Assembly (NCBI GenBank): GCA_964556785.1
Contig: CAZKXM010000001.1
Coordinates: forward strand, 1-60,762
DNA: 60,762 nucleotides
Direction: 5' to 3'
DNA from: an uncultured Bacteroides sp.
GTDB taxonomy: Bacteria; Bacteroidota; Bacteroidia; Bacteroidales; Muribaculaceae
How positions within the stretch are numbered: position 1 is the first letter of the stretch; each line of letters starts with the position of its first letter. The translations under genes were made by a program, and so were the position numbers. The notes beneath the pieces were generated by a model that saw only the letters and a list, made by a program, of their open reading frames with translations, did no database searches and was not told where the DNA came from. Below are positions 18,912 to 28,984 of this stretch, piece by piece.

Positions 18912-20444
18912 TTAGTGTTTGAAATGGCGGAAGCCTGTCTTGACCATGGCAACACCGTTGGCGTTGCAAAAGTCGACCGAGTCAGTGTCACGGATCGATC
19001 CGCCGGGCTGGATAACAGCCTTAACGCCGGCCTCTGCCGCTATCTCGACACAGTCGGCGAAGGGGAAGAACGCATCGCTGGCCATAACGGCGCCATCGAG
19101 ATCGAACTCAAACGAGCGCGCCTTGGCGATGGCCTGACGCAGAGCGTCGACACGCGATGTCTGCCCCACTCCGCTGCCAATGAGCTGGCGGTTTTTGGCA
19201 AGCACGATGGCATTGCTTTTGCTGTGCTTAACGATCTTGTTGGCGAAAAGCAGATCAGCCGCCTGAGCGTCGGTAACCTTCAGTTGGGTCATGGGCTCGA
19301 GATCGTCGGTTGTTTCGATCTTATGGTCGCTGTCTTGCGCAAGCACTCCGTTAAGGCATGTGCGTATGCGGCGGGTGACAGAAGGCTGTGTTTTCTGAAC
19401 CAGTATAATGCGGTTTTTCTTCTGCTTGAGAATTTCAAGAGCCTCGGGGGTGTAAGCCGGAGCTATGATAACCTCAAAGAATATCTTGTTGATTTCATCG
19501 GCAGCAGCGGCGTCGATTTCGGCATTGGTGATCAGCACTCCGCCGAATGCACTCACAGGGTCGCCGGCAAGAGCGGCGGTCCATGCTTCGAGCACAGTGG
19601 GACGCGATGCGAGTCCGCAAGCGTTGTTGTGCTTCAGGACTGCAAACGTTGTTTCAGTGAAATCACTCATCAGGCTCACTGCCGCATCGACATCGAGCAG
19701 GTTGTTATATGAAATCTCCTTGCCGTGGAGCTGTGTGAACACCTTATTGAAATCGCCATAGAAATACCCGCGCTGATGAGGGTTCTCACCGTAGCGCATC
19801 GCCATAGCACCGTCAACAGCCTCGCGCAGGGCCACCGGCTTGCCGTCGAGCGACTCGAAATAATTGAATATCGCGCTGTCATAGCCCGACGACACCATGA
19901 AGGCATCGCGCGCGAAATCGCGGCGTTCATCGAGGGTCGAGGCGGCTCCGCGGGCTTCGAGCATTTCGCGCAGCGGCTTATACTGTGCCTTCGACGCCAC
20001 AATCACAACATCATTGTAGTTCTTGGCGGCGGCACGGATAAGCGAGATCCCGCCGATATCGATCTTTTCGATAATGTCGGGATGCGATGCCCCTGAGGCA
20101 ACCGTATCGGTAAAGGGGTAAAGGTCTACAATCACAAGATCGATGTCGGGAATATCAAATTCCTTCACCTGCCGGCTGTCGTCGGGATTGTCGCGACGAG
20201 AGAGAATTCCGCCGAACACCTTGGGATGCAGAGTTTTCACGCGACCTCCGAGAATCGACGGATAGCCTGTGAGATCTTCAACAGCCGAACATTCGTAACC
20301 GAGGCTTTCGATAAAAGAGCGCGTTCCTCCGGTCGACAGGAATTTTACGCCGTCCTTGTTGAGCAACGCGAGAATCTCTTCAAGACCATCTTTATGATAC
20401 ACCGACACCAGGGCCGTTTTTATTTTCTTGATATTGTCCGACAT
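18912..20444 (-). CDS. purH: bifunctional AICAR transformylase / IMP cyclohydrolase
   Basis: ALVSVYHKDGL.., STGGT.., a full-length PurH of 510 aa. Confidence 0.95.
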   Translation of the reverse strand: MSDNIKKIKTALVSVYHKDGLEEILALLNKDGVKFLSTGGTRSFIESLGYECSAVEDLTGYPSILGGRVKTLHPKVFGGILSRRDNPDDSRQVKEFDIPDIDLVIVDLYPFTDTVASGASHPDIIEKIDIGGISLIRAAAKNYNDVVIVASKAQYKPLREMLEARGAASTLDERRDFARDAFMVSSGYDSAIFNYFESLDGKPVALREAVDGAMAMRYGENPHQRGYFYGDFNKVFTQLHGKEISYNNLLDVDAAVSLMSDFTETTFAVLKHNNACGLASRPTVLEAWTAALAGDPVSAFGGVLITNAEIDAAAADEINKIFFEVIIAPAYTPEALEILKQKKNRIILVQKTQPSVTRRIRTCLNGVLAQDSDHKIETTDDLEPMTQLKVTDAQAADLLFANKIVKHSKSNAIVLAKNRQLIGSGVGQTSRVDALRQAIAKARSFEFDLDGAVMASDAFFPFADCVEIAAEAGVKAVIQPGGSIRDTDSVDFCNANGVAMVKTGFRHFKH

Positions 20445-20476
20445 GCGAAATTGTAGGGTTTTGGAAGTTCAGATCG

Positions 20477-20484
20477 CAAAATTA
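20477..20484 (-). promoter_or_regulatory. -7 box (TAATTTTG on minus strand) for purH-mre operon
   Basis: The plus strand caaaatta lies 33 nt upstream of ATG 20444. Confidence 0.5.
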
Positions 20485-20578
20485 CAAAACTTTGAAGAAA
20501 ACAGCACGCCGGCACTGTAAATTTTTTTGAACCGCGGGGCGCCGACTGTTGTTTTAAGAATGATAAAACTACTGAATC

Positions 20579-21076
20579 ATGGAAAAAATCGGAATATTTT
20601 ACGGTTCAACAACCGGTGTGACTGAAAATGTGGCAAAACGTCTTGCAAAACTGCTCAATGTGGCCGATGCCGACGTTTACAATGTAGCCAAGGCTGCTCC
20701 GAGCGATGTGGCACCCTACAGCCTCCTTCTGCTCGGCACATCAACATGGGGCTCGGGTGATCTTCAGGATGACTGGGAAGACTTTATCGCCGGCCTGTCA
20801 GAGTTAAGCCTTAACGGTCGCAAAGTGGCTCTTTTCGGTTGCGGCGACGAGACTATGAGCGAAACTTTCTGCAACGGTGTCGGCACGCTCTACGACCGTC
20901 TCAAGGACACAGGTGCAGAATTTGTAGGTGCATTCCCCGACGGAGTTTACGATTTCAGTCACTCGAGCGCCGACCGTGACGGCGGAGTGGCAGTAGGCCT
21001 GCTTCTTGACGAAACCAACCATCCCGACCTTACCGACGGTCGTTTGAAGGAATGGGCCACGCTCCTGAACAGATAA
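20579..21076 (+). CDS. fldA: flavodoxin (long-chain)
   Basis: IGIFYGSTTGVTE.., TWGSGDLQDDW. Confidence 0.9.
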   Translation: MEKIGIFYGSTTGVTENVAKRLAKLLNVADADVYNVAKAAPSDVAPYSLLLLGTSTWGSGDLQDDWEDFIAGLSELSLNGRKVALFGCGDETMSETFCNGVGTLYDRLKDTGAEFVGAFPDGVYDFSHSSADRDGGVAVGLLLDETNHPDLTDGRLKEWATLLNR

Positions 21077-21113
21077 TTGCCAACTCTCTCTTCAATATAA
21101 ATAATAAAGAATA

Positions 21114-21150
21114 AGAGCGCATCCTCTTGCGGGGATGCGCTCTCGCTTTT
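21114..21150. terminator. bidirectional terminator between fldA and serA
   Basis: 11-bp stem agagcgcatcc / ggatgcgctct (21114-21124 / 21133-21143). The plus strand continues cgctttt, and the minus strand continues T-rich. Confidence 0.75.
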
Positions 21151-21169
21151 GATAGAATTATTTTCAGTA

Positions 21170-22090
21170 TTACTTGTTCACGCGGAAACGGGTATCGCCG
21201 TCGCGGAAGAAAGCAACGATCTGACGGGCAGCTGCAAGACCGGCATTGATGTTGGCCTCGGCTGTCTGCGCACCCATCTTCTTGGGAGTGAAGAACACAC
21301 GCTCACCGAAAGCCTCAACGAAGTCGTCGGCAGCGTCGGGACGCACATCGGCAACATACTTAAGGTCGGGACGGCGCTCCATAGCCTGCTTCAGGCCGGC
21401 CTCGTCGATCACCTCCTTGCGGGCGGTGTTGATCAGCACGCCACCCTTGGGCATGAGGCTCACGAGAGCTTCGTTGACCGAACCGCGGGTCTCGGCAGTT
21501 GCAGGGATGTGGAGCGACACATATTCATTGTCGCGGTAAAGATCCTCGACAGTGTGAACCGGTTTCACTCCGGCAGCGATCATATCCTGCTCGGAGCAGT
21601 AGGGGTCGAGCGCGCTTACTTCCATGCCGAATCCTTTTGCGATACGGGCAACGTTGCGGCCAACCTGACCGAACGCATGGATGCCGAGGCGCTTGCCTTT
21701 GAGCTCTGTACCTGCCTTGCCGTTGTAGGCATTGCGGGCCATCATCACAGCCATGCCGAACACGAGCTCGGCAACAGCGTTGGAGTTCTGACCGGGAGTG
21801 TTCTCAACAACCACACCGTGGGCAGTGGCTTCGTCGAGATCAACATTGTCGTAACCGGCACCGGCACGAACAACGATTTTGAGCTTCTTAGCCGCGTCGA
21901 GCACCTCTTTGTCAACTTTGTCGCTGCGGATAATCAGGGCATCGGCATCGGCAACGGCATCGAGGAGCTGCTGCTTGTCGGTGTATTTTTCAAGAAGTGT
22001 GAGCACGTGGCCGGCCTTCTCGACCTCGTCGCGGATACCGTCGACAGCCACAGCTGCAAAGGGCTTCTCTGTTGCTACAAGTACTTTCAT
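21170..22090 (-). CDS. serA: D-3-phosphoglycerate dehydrogenase (short form)
   Basis: A 2-hydroxyacid dehydrogenase fold with the NAD motif GIHAFGQVG. It is adjacent to serC. Confidence 0.85.
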   Translation of the reverse strand: MKVLVATEKPFAAVAVDGIRDEVEKAGHVLTLLEKYTDKQQLLDAVADADALIIRSDKVDKEVLDAAKKLKIVVRAGAGYDNVDLDEATAHGVVVENTPGQNSNAVAELVFGMAVMMARNAYNGKAGTELKGKRLGIHAFGQVGRNVARIAKGFGMEVSALDPYCSEQDMIAAGVKPVHTVEDLYRDNEYVSLHIPATAETRGSVNEALVSLMPKGGVLINTARKEVIDEAGLKQAMERRPDLKYVADVRPDAADDFVEAFGERVFFTPKKMGAQTAEANINAGLAAARQIVAFFRDGDTRFRVNK

Positions 22091-22136
22091 CGTTTTCTTG
22101 GAATTACTGATAGTGTTTACCTATGAGAGTGGTTTA

Positions 22137-23201
22137 TCAGTGCTTAGTCTGGAAGTCGGCCATAGCCTTAACGAGTTCGTCGACGCTCTCCATGGGAAGT
22201 GCGTTGTAGAGCGATGCGCGGAAGCCGCCTACGCTGCGGTGGCCCTTGATACCCACAATGCCGCGTTCGCCGGCAAACTTGATGAATTCGGGCTCGAGCT
22301 CCTTGTATTCGGGCTTCATTACGAAGCAAACATTCATGATCGAACGGTCTTCGGGACGGACAGTGCCCTGGAACATGCGGCTCGAATCGATAGCCTCATA
22401 GAGCTTGCCTGCCTTGGCAAGGTCCATCTTCTCGATAGCCTTCACACCACCGATTTCCTTGTAGTAGCGCAGGGTCATCAGAGCTGAGTAGATGGGGAGC
22501 ACGGGAGGTGTGTTGTACATCGAACCCTTCTTGACGTGGGTGCGGTAGTCGAGCATGGTGGGGATGGGACGGTCGACGTGGCCGAGGGCATCGTCCTTAA
22601 CGATCACGATAGTTGCACCTGCAGGCGCGAGGTTCTTCTGAGCGCCACCGTAGATAAGGTCATACTTGCTTACGTCAACGGGACGAGAGAAGATGTCAGA
22701 CGACATATCGCACACCATGCGCACGGGCACATCGGGATCCTTGCGGATTTCGGTGCCGTAGATGGTGTTGTTAGAGGTGTAGTGGAAATAGTCAACGTCG
22801 GCGGGAACCTTGAATTCGGGAATGAAGGTGTAGCCCTCAGCCTCCGATGAACCTACAACGTCAACCTCGCCGAAAAGACGGGCTTCCTTGATGGCGTTGT
22901 GGGCCCATGTGCCGGTGTCGAGATAAGCGGCCTTCTTCTTGAGCAGGTTGAAGGGAACCATGCAGAACTGAAGGCTTGCGCCACCGCCGAGGAAGAGCAC
23001 TGAATAGCCTTCGGGCACTTCGAGAAGTTCTTTCACGAGAGCCTGTGCTTCGTCCATAACTGCCTGAAACTCCTTGCTGCGGTGTGAAACCTCGAGGATC
23101 GACAGGCCCATATCGGCAAAATTGAGAACAGCGTCAGCTGTGTTCTTGATGGTGTACTGGCTCAGAATCGACGGGCCGGCATAAAAATTGTGTTTCTTCA
23201 T
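22137..23201 (-). CDS. serC: phosphoserine aminotransferase
   Basis: [13 protein letters not shown].., [10 protein letters not shown]. It has the class-V aminotransferase pattern typical of SerC. Confidence 0.93.
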   Translation of the reverse strand: MKKHNFYAGPSILSQYTIKNTADAVLNFADMGLSILEVSHRSKEFQAVMDEAQALVKELLEVPEGYSVLFLGGGASLQFCMVPFNLLKKKAAYLDTGTWAHNAIKEARLFGEVDVVGSSEAEGYTFIPEFKVPADVDYFHYTSNNTIYGTEIRKDPDVPVRMVCDMSSDIFSRPVDVSKYDLIYGGAQKNLAPAGATIVIVKDDALGHVDRPIPTMLDYRTHVKKGSMYNTPPVLPIYSALMTLRYYKEIGGVKAIEKMDLAKAGKLYEAIDSSRMFQGTVRPEDRSIMNVCFVMKPEYKELEPEFIKFAGERGIVGIKGHRSVGGFRASLYNALPMESVDELVKAMADFQTKH

Positions 23202-23290
23202 TTCGAAAGAAATAAAATGATAATATGGTTAGTTTCTTGGTATTTAGACTCTGATAGCGAGGCGGCGGTGACGCTCCTCGTTTTCATGCG

Positions 23291-23298
23291 CAAATATA
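23291..23298 (-). promoter_or_regulatory. -7 box (TATATTTG on minus strand) for serC-serA
   Basis: The plus strand caaatata lies about 90 nt upstream of ATG 23201. Confidence 0.4.
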
Positions 23299-23367
23299 CG
23301 TATTTTTTACCATTTATCGACAATCCCACCCCGAATTTATATGTTTTGCAACACGTTCCAACCACAG

Positions 23368-23414
23368 GAATAAAATCGCGCCCCAAAAGCCTTGGGAGTT
23401 GCTTTCGGGGCGCG
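23368..23414 (-). terminator. rho-independent terminator after the T9SS-cargo gene
   Basis: 13-bp stem (1 mismatch) cgcgccccaaaag / ctttcggggcgcg (23377-23389 / 23402-23414). The minus strand continues ATTTTATT. Confidence 0.7.
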
Positions 23415-23438
23415 AGGGTGATTTTTCTGTTCAGGCTA

Positions 23439-24269
23439 TCAGAGGGCAACCTTTCTTACCTTCCGGCCTTTCTTCTCGATGAAGATGCCGCTGGAAGGGT
23501 GCTCAACGCGGCGTCCCTGCAGATCAAAATGTTCTGAGGTCGAGTCAGCATCCGTGGTCTCAACCGTCTCAACGGCTGAATTATCTGATCGCTCTACTAT
23601 TACATTTCCCTGAGCATCGGTGACTTTCAGCAGCATAAAGGAAGAACCCCCGGCTATAAGTTCTGTGGGATAGAAATAGCTGCCATCAAAATAGCAAGTA
23701 CTGCCAACGCCCGGAATCCACAGTTCTGTAGCGATTGAGTTGGCATCGTCAGCCGACTCTTCTTTGCTGCGGAACACTTTCAGCTCCATGACTGTTGTAT
23801 TAAACTTTTCACTGAAAGAGTTACCAACATACTTGAAGTAACATTCCCGCGGAAGGGCAAGATCATTAGCCGGACCATAAATGCGTGTTTCCCACATCTT
23901 GCTTCCTTCACCGGGGGTAAGTGAGAAGTCATAAATCAGATACCAGTCAGACGTTTCATTCCTTGTGATAAACTCATAGATTTTGTCACCATCAACTTTA
24001 ATGAGATTTCCGAGCACTTCAAAATCTCTGTCAGGTTCACGATTCCCGACATGATCAGAAGCAGCATGGTGAATTGACAACTGGTAGATACCTTCTGAAG
24101 CTGTTCTGTCTGTTTCAACCAAAGTTATCGTTTCATGATCGATGCCGGAACCATTTAACTCGTCGTATTCCCACACTGTTCCCGGCACGAAATAGTTAGC
24201 GGCCCGACACAATGAAGTTGGTGCCAAAACCGCAAACAGAGTTGCTAAATAGACGTAAAGTTTTTTCAT
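23439..24269 (-). CDS. hypothetical secreted protein with T9SS C-terminal sorting domain
   Basis: The signal peptide is MKKLYVYLATLFAVLAPTSLCRA. The C-terminal ..HFDLQGRRVEHPSSGIFIEKKGRKVRKVAL resembles a type-A T9SS CTD. I recognise no domain in the body. G+C is about 35-43 % in two sampled lines. Confidence 0.7.
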   Translation of the reverse strand: MKKLYVYLATLFAVLAPTSLCRAANYFVPGTVWEYDELNGSGIDHETITLVETDRTASEGIYQLSIHHAASDHVGNREPDRDFEVLGNLIKVDGDKIYEFITRNETSDWYLIYDFSLTPGEGSKMWETRIYGPANDLALPRECYFKYVGNSFSEKFNTTVMELKVFRSKEESADDANSIATELWIPGVGSTCYFDGSYFYPTELIAGGSSFMLLKVTDAQGNVIVERSDNSAVETVETTDADSTSEHFDLQGRRVEHPSSGIFIEKKGRKVRKVAL

Positions 24270-24300
24270 GAGAAATACGATTAGGGCTATTACTCGTTCG

Positions 24301-24308
24301 CAAATTTA
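24301..24308 (-). promoter_or_regulatory. -7 box (TAAATTTG on minus strand) for the T9SS-cargo gene
   Basis: The plus strand caaattta lies 32 nt upstream of ATG 24269. Confidence 0.45.
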
Positions 24309-24387
24309 AAGATAATTTTTACAATTCTAAACTTTTTGCATGAATATTTTTAATATTGTTAAACTTATCGACCCAAAAAATTTTCGC

Positions 24388-24395
24388 TATCTTTG
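24388..24395 (+). promoter_or_regulatory. -7 box TATCTTTG for rarA (near-leaderless)
   Basis: Only 9 nt separate the box from ATG 24405. Confidence 0.5.
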
Positions 24396-24404
24396 CTATT
24401 GAAT

Positions 24405-25697
24405 ATGACACCACCATTGGCAGAGCGGCTGCGGCCGCGCACACTCGACGATTATATCGGCCAGACTCACATCACCGGGCCGGGCGGCATTGTGCGCCGC
24501 ATGATCGAAACAGGTCAGGTTTCCTCATTCATTCTGTGGGGACCTCCCGGTGTGGGCAAGACAACCCTTGCCCGCATAATCGCCAACACGGTCAAGGCTC
24601 CGTTCTTCACTCTGTCGGCAGTCAACTCAGGCGTCAAGGAGGTGAGGGAGGTGCTCGACCGCTGCCGTGCCGAAAGCGGCAACATGTTCAACTCATCACG
24701 CCCAATACTCTTTATCGACGAGATCCACCGGTTCAACAAGAGCCAGCAAGACTCGCTGCTGGGGGCCGTTGAGAGCGGCACGGTGACCCTGATCGGGGCC
24801 ACAACTGAAAATCCTTCATTTGAGGTGATACGCCCTCTGCTGTCGAGAGCTCAGGTCTACACCCTCAAATCGCTCGAGGCTCCCGAGCTTGAGCAGCTGC
24901 TGGAGCGTGCTCTGACAAAAGATCAGGTGCTCAGGGAGCGGAAAGTGAGGGTTGACCAGACAACAGCCCTGTTCCGTTTTGCAGGTGGCGACGGGCGCAA
25001 GCTGCTCAACATTCTCGACCTGCTCGAGCGCAGCACTCCCGCCGGTGAAGAAATCATTGTCAACGATGAGACGGTGACCGAACGGCTTCAAGAGAATCCG
25101 GCCGCCTACGACAAGAACGGCGAGATGCACTACGACATCATCTCGGCCTTCATAAAGAGTGTGAGAGGGAGCGACCCCGATGCGGCCCTCTACTGGCTGG
25201 CACGCATGATTGCCGGTGGCGAAGACCCGAAATTCATTGCCCGCAGGCTCGTTATCCTTGCTGCCGAAGACATTGGCCTGGCCAACCCTCAGGCAATCGT
25301 GATAGCCAACGCTACGTTCGACGTTCTTCACAAGATCGGCTGGCCTGAAGGACGCATTCCGCTGGCCGAGTGTGTGGTTTATCTTGCCACCTCGCCCAAG
25401 AGCAACACCGCCTACGCGGCCATCGCCAAAGCTCAGGCTCTGGTGGCTCAGACGGGCAACCTCCCTGTTCCGCTCCACCTGCGCAATGCCCCGACTTCGC
25501 TGATGAAGGATATGGGCTATGGCCACGACTACAAGTATGCCCATGACTATGAGGGCAATTTCGTGCGCCAGCAGTTTATGCCCGACGCGCTCGGCCACCG
25601 GCAGTTCTGGACTCCGGGCGACAATCCGTCAGAGCTCCGCATGGCGCAGCTGCAAACCGAACGCTGGGCCCGCGAGACCGACAGCAGCAAAAAATAA
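24405..25697 (+). CDS. rarA: replication-associated recombination protein A (AAA+ ATPase)
   Basis: [16 protein letters not shown].., Walker [10 protein letters not shown], and a MgsA C-terminal region. I prefer ATG 24405 over the TTG at 24393, which lies inside the -7 box. Confidence 0.9.
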   Translation: MTPPLAERLRPRTLDDYIGQTHITGPGGIVRRMIETGQVSSFILWGPPGVGKTTLARIIANTVKAPFFTLSAVNSGVKEVREVLDRCRAESGNMFNSSRPILFIDEIHRFNKSQQDSLLGAVESGTVTLIGATTENPSFEVIRPLLSRAQVYTLKSLEAPELEQLLERALTKDQVLRERKVRVDQTTALFRFAGGDGRKLLNILDLLERSTPAGEEIIVNDETVTERLQENPAAYDKNGEMHYDIISAFIKSVRGSDPDAALYWLARMIAGGEDPKFIARRLVILAAEDIGLANPQAIVIANATFDVLHKIGWPEGRIPLAECVVYLATSPKSNTAYAAIAKAQALVAQTGNLPVPLHLRNAPTSLMKDMGYGHDYKYAHDYEGNFVRQQFMPDALGHRQFWTPGDNPSELRMAQLQTERWARETDSSKK

Positions 25698-25730
25698 CCG
25701 CGCATGCTGCCGACGCTCTCAGTTTTTCAG

Positions 25731-25738
25731 TATCTTTG
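25731..25738 (+). promoter_or_regulatory. -7 box TATCTTTG for purM
   Basis: It lies 45 nt upstream of ATG 25784. Confidence 0.45.
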
Positions 25739-25783
25739 CAACATATTTCCCCACACAGACCCCAACATCATCACACCCACCCA

Positions 25784-26950
25784 ATGAGCGATCAGAGATA
25801 CAACATGCGCGGAGTGTCGGCATCGAAAGAGGATGTCCACAACGCCATCAAGAATGTTGACAAAGGCATTTTTCCCAAAGCGTTCTGCAAAATCATTCCC
25901 GACATTCTCGGGGGCGACCCGCAGTGGTGCAACATAATGCATGCCGACGGCGCCGGCACGAAATCATCGCTGGCCTACGCCTACTGGCGCGAAACGGGCG
26001 ATCTGAGCGTGTGGCGCGGCATTGCGCAAGATGCTCTGGTGATGAACCTCGACGACCTGCTCTGTGTGGGCGCTACCGACAATATCCTTGTGTCATCCAC
26101 CATCGGCCGCAACAAGATGCTCATTCCCGGCGAAGTGATAGCTGCCATAATCAACGGCACTGAAGACCTTCTGTCCGAGCTGCGCGATAACGGAATTTCG
26201 ATCTACTCCACCGGCGGCGAGACAGCCGATGTTGGCGATCTGGTGCGCACCATCATCGTTGACAGCACCGTGACATGCCGCATGAAGCGCGAAGACGTGA
26301 TCAACAACGCCAACATTTCAGCCGGCGATGTGATTGTGGGTCTGGCATCGTTCGGCCAGGCAACATACGAGACCTGCTATAACGGCGGAATGGGCAGCAA
26401 CGGGCTGACATCGGCGCGCCACGACGTGTTCTCGAAAGAAGTGGCGCGGAAATATCCGCAGACATTCGATCCGGCCGTGCCTGCCGAACTCGTTTACAGC
26501 GGATCGGTGAATCTCACCGACCCTGTTGAGGGGACGCCGCTCGATGCCGGAAAGCTCGTCCTCTCCCCCACCCGCACCTATGCACCTGTGATCAAGCGCA
26601 TTCTCGAGGAGATGCGCAGCTCGATTCACGGAATGGTTCACTGCTCTGGAGGAGCACAGACAAAGGTGATGCACTTTGTGGAAAACAAGCACGTGATCAA
26701 GGACAACCTTTTCCCCGTGCCACCTCTTTTCGCTATGATACAGCGTGAGAGCAACACCGACTGGGCCGAGATGTACAAGGTGTTCAACATGGGCCACCGC
26801 ATGGAAATCTATGTCAAGCCCGACGATGCCCGGCGCGTTATCGAGATCAGCGAAAGCTTCGGTATACCGGCGCAGATCGTGGGCCGTGTTGAGGATGCTC
26901 CGGCCAACCGCCTCACCATCATCAGCGAGGCGGGCACATTTGAGTATTGA
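25784..26950 (+). CDS. purM: phosphoribosylformylglycinamidine cyclo-ligase (AIR synthase family, long Bacteroidales type)
   Basis: MSDQRYNMRGVSASKEDV.., HADGAGTK.., AIR-synthase N and C domains. The track extension from 25736 overlaps the promoter. Confidence 0.8.
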   Translation: MSDQRYNMRGVSASKEDVHNAIKNVDKGIFPKAFCKIIPDILGGDPQWCNIMHADGAGTKSSLAYAYWRETGDLSVWRGIAQDALVMNLDDLLCVGATDNILVSSTIGRNKMLIPGEVIAAIINGTEDLLSELRDNGISIYSTGGETADVGDLVRTIIVDSTVTCRMKREDVINNANISAGDVIVGLASFGQATYETCYNGGMGSNGLTSARHDVFSKEVARKYPQTFDPAVPAELVYSGSVNLTDPVEGTPLDAGKLVLSPTRTYAPVIKRILEEMRSSIHGMVHCSGGAQTKVMHFVENKHVIKDNLFPVPPLFAMIQRESNTDWAEMYKVFNMGHRMEIYVKPDDARRVIEISESFGIPAQIVGRVEDAPANRLTIISEAGTFEY

Positions 26951-26971
26951 CACCCACTCCCGCCGTAACCC

Positions 26972-28390
26972 ATGATGCGCGCCCGGAGCCTTCTGCGACT
27001 GATTGCAGCATCGGCGTTGACCTTACTGATGATGCCGGTGGCGATGACTTCGTGTGGCGGATCGAAACACCAGGCTCCGGCAGGCGCGACCGTGCATGCC
27101 GACTCCATATCGCTGCCCGACACTCTCAGAGTGGCCACCCTCTACAGCCCTACCTCCTACTTCAACTATCGCGAGGAGACGATGGGGATTGACCACGATC
27201 TGGTGATGCAGATGGGGCGCGACAAAAACATGGAGATCAGTTTTGAAATAGCTCCCACGCTGGCAAGAGCGATCGAACTGCTCGACTCGGGGAAGGTTGA
27301 CCTGATAGCTTACGAAGTGCCTGTGACGGCCGAATACAAAAGCCGTGTGCTTGCCTGCGGCCCCGAAAACATATCGAGCCAGGTGCTGGTCCAGCCCCGC
27401 CAAAAGGGGAAGGCGCTGATCTCTGACGTGACTGAGCTTGCGGGGCGCGATGTGTTTGTTGAAGCCGACTCAAAATATTTTCACCGCCTGAACAATCTTA
27501 ACAATGAGATTGGTGGCGGAATCAGGATCCACGCTCTCACCCACGACGAAATGATCACTGAAGACCTGATCGATCTTGTGAGCCGCGACTCGATTCCGCT
27601 GACTGTTGTCGACAGCGACATTGCCCGCCTCAACAAAACCTATTATCCGAATCTCGACATCAATCTGCGCATCAGTTTCCCCCAGAGGTCGCGCTGGGCT
27701 GTCGCGCCCAAGAGCAAGTGGCTCGCCGACAGCATCGACTCATGGATTGCCGACAGGCGCACGGTGCAGGCCGAGGCTGCTATCCTTAAGCGTTACTACG
27801 AGCTTAGCAAGCAGGTAAGCAGCGCTTTCAACCTCTCGTTCAGCAACGGAAAGGCGTCGCCGTTCGACGATCTGCTGCGCCGCTGCGCCAAAGGAACCGG
27901 CTGGGACTGGAGGCTCCTTGCAGCGCTGGCATGGAAAGAGAGCAATTTCGACAACAGCGTGGTGTCGTGGGCCGGAGCACGCGGGGTGATGCAGATAATG
28001 CCGAACACGGCCCGCGCCTACGGAGTCGACCCCGCCGAACTAACCGACAATGCCCGCTGCATAAATCTGGCGGTGAAGATTCTCGAAACGCTCGACAACA
28101 GCCTAAGAGACAAGGTGAAGGATCCGCAGGAACGTGCGCGCTTCGTGATGGCGGCCTACAACTCGGGGCTGGCTCACGTGCTCGACGCAATGGCTCTTGC
28201 CGCAAAATACGGGCTCGATCCCGGACGATGGCACGGAAATGTTGAAAAGGCTATGCTGATGAAGTCGAAGCCTGAGTTCTACAACGATCCCGTGTGCCGT
28301 TACGGTTACTCGCGCGGCCGCGAGACTGTCGACCATATCAACCGCATCTACGGTTTCTACGAAAAATGCCGTTCAAAGGTGCCACTCTGA
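26972..28390 (+). CDS. mltF: membrane-bound lytic murein transglycosylase F-like lipoprotein
   Basis: A lipoprotein signal (..VAMTSCGG), a solute-binding-protein-like N-terminal domain, and an SLT catalytic motif WKESNFD..GARGVMQIMP. Confidence 0.85.
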   Translation: MMRARSLLRLIAASALTLLMMPVAMTSCGGSKHQAPAGATVHADSISLPDTLRVATLYSPTSYFNYREETMGIDHDLVMQMGRDKNMEISFEIAPTLARAIELLDSGKVDLIAYEVPVTAEYKSRVLACGPENISSQVLVQPRQKGKALISDVTELAGRDVFVEADSKYFHRLNNLNNEIGGGIRIHALTHDEMITEDLIDLVSRDSIPLTVVDSDIARLNKTYYPNLDINLRISFPQRSRWAVAPKSKWLADSIDSWIADRRTVQAEAAILKRYYELSKQVSSAFNLSFSNGKASPFDDLLRRCAKGTGWDWRLLAALAWKESNFDNSVVSWAGARGVMQIMPNTARAYGVDPAELTDNARCINLAVKILETLDNSLRDKVKDPQERARFVMAAYNSGLAHVLDAMALAAKYGLDPGRWHGNVEKAMLMKSKPEFYNDPVCRYGYSRGRETVDHINRIYGFYEKCRSKVPL

Positions 28391-28435
28391 AAAAACCTGA
28401 CAATAATTATTCATGTTTCAAACAGATAAACGATT

Positions 28436-28984
28436 ATGAAAAAATCAACCGTCACTGTAGCAGTAGCTCTCGCCCTCTGCGGCTCAATGCTTTCAACCTC
28501 TTGCATCGGCAAGTTCGCGCTGACCAACCGTGTGCTCAGCTGGAACAAGGAGGTGGGCAACAAGTTTGTCAACGAGCTCGTGTTTTTCGCTTTCTGGATT
28601 CTACCGGTCTATGAGGTGACGGCTCTTGCCGACGTGCTTGTGCTGAACTCCATCGAGTTCTGGAGCGGCTCGAATCCGATGGCCAAGGGCACAAAGGTTA
28701 TCGAAGGGAAGGATGGCCGTTATCTTGTGGAGTGTGACGGGAAAGGCTACAACATCAAGAGCGAGACCGACGGCTCGGTTGTACGCCTCGATTTCGATGC
28801 CGACAATCAGACGTGGTGGGTTGACCTTCCCGATCAGGAACCTGTTCAGCTCATGACAATCCTCGATAAGGACCACGTTGCCCTCCCCGCCCCCGACGGC
28901 ACAATGATGGTTGTCGAGAATTCGCAGGCAGGAGTGATGGCCTACAGCCGCGTTGCCGCTTCCATGAATCTTGCCGCACGATGA
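28436..28984 (+). CDS. DUF3332-like lipoprotein
   Basis: The signal is MKKSTVTVAVALALCGSMLSTSC. It has the ..VLSWNKEVGNKFVNELVFFAFWILPVYE.. segment typical of this Bacteroidales family (by recollection). Confidence 0.65.
   Translation: MKKSTVTVAVALALCGSMLSTSCIGKFALTNRVLSWNKEVGNKFVNELVFFAFWILPVYEVTALADVLVLNSIEFWSGSNPMAKGTKVIEGKDGRYLVECDGKGYNIKSETDGSVVRLDFDADNQTWWVDLPDQEPVQLMTILDKDHVALPAPDGTMMVVENSQAGVMAYSRVAASMNLAAR

Noticed and set aside
20445-20578. A ZTP (pfl) riboswitch upstream of purH, and likewise upstream of purL at 46713-46871.
   Set aside because: Neither the GGGUCGUGACUGGCG-like 5' module nor the CCGCCUGGGC 3' module is present on the relevant strands.
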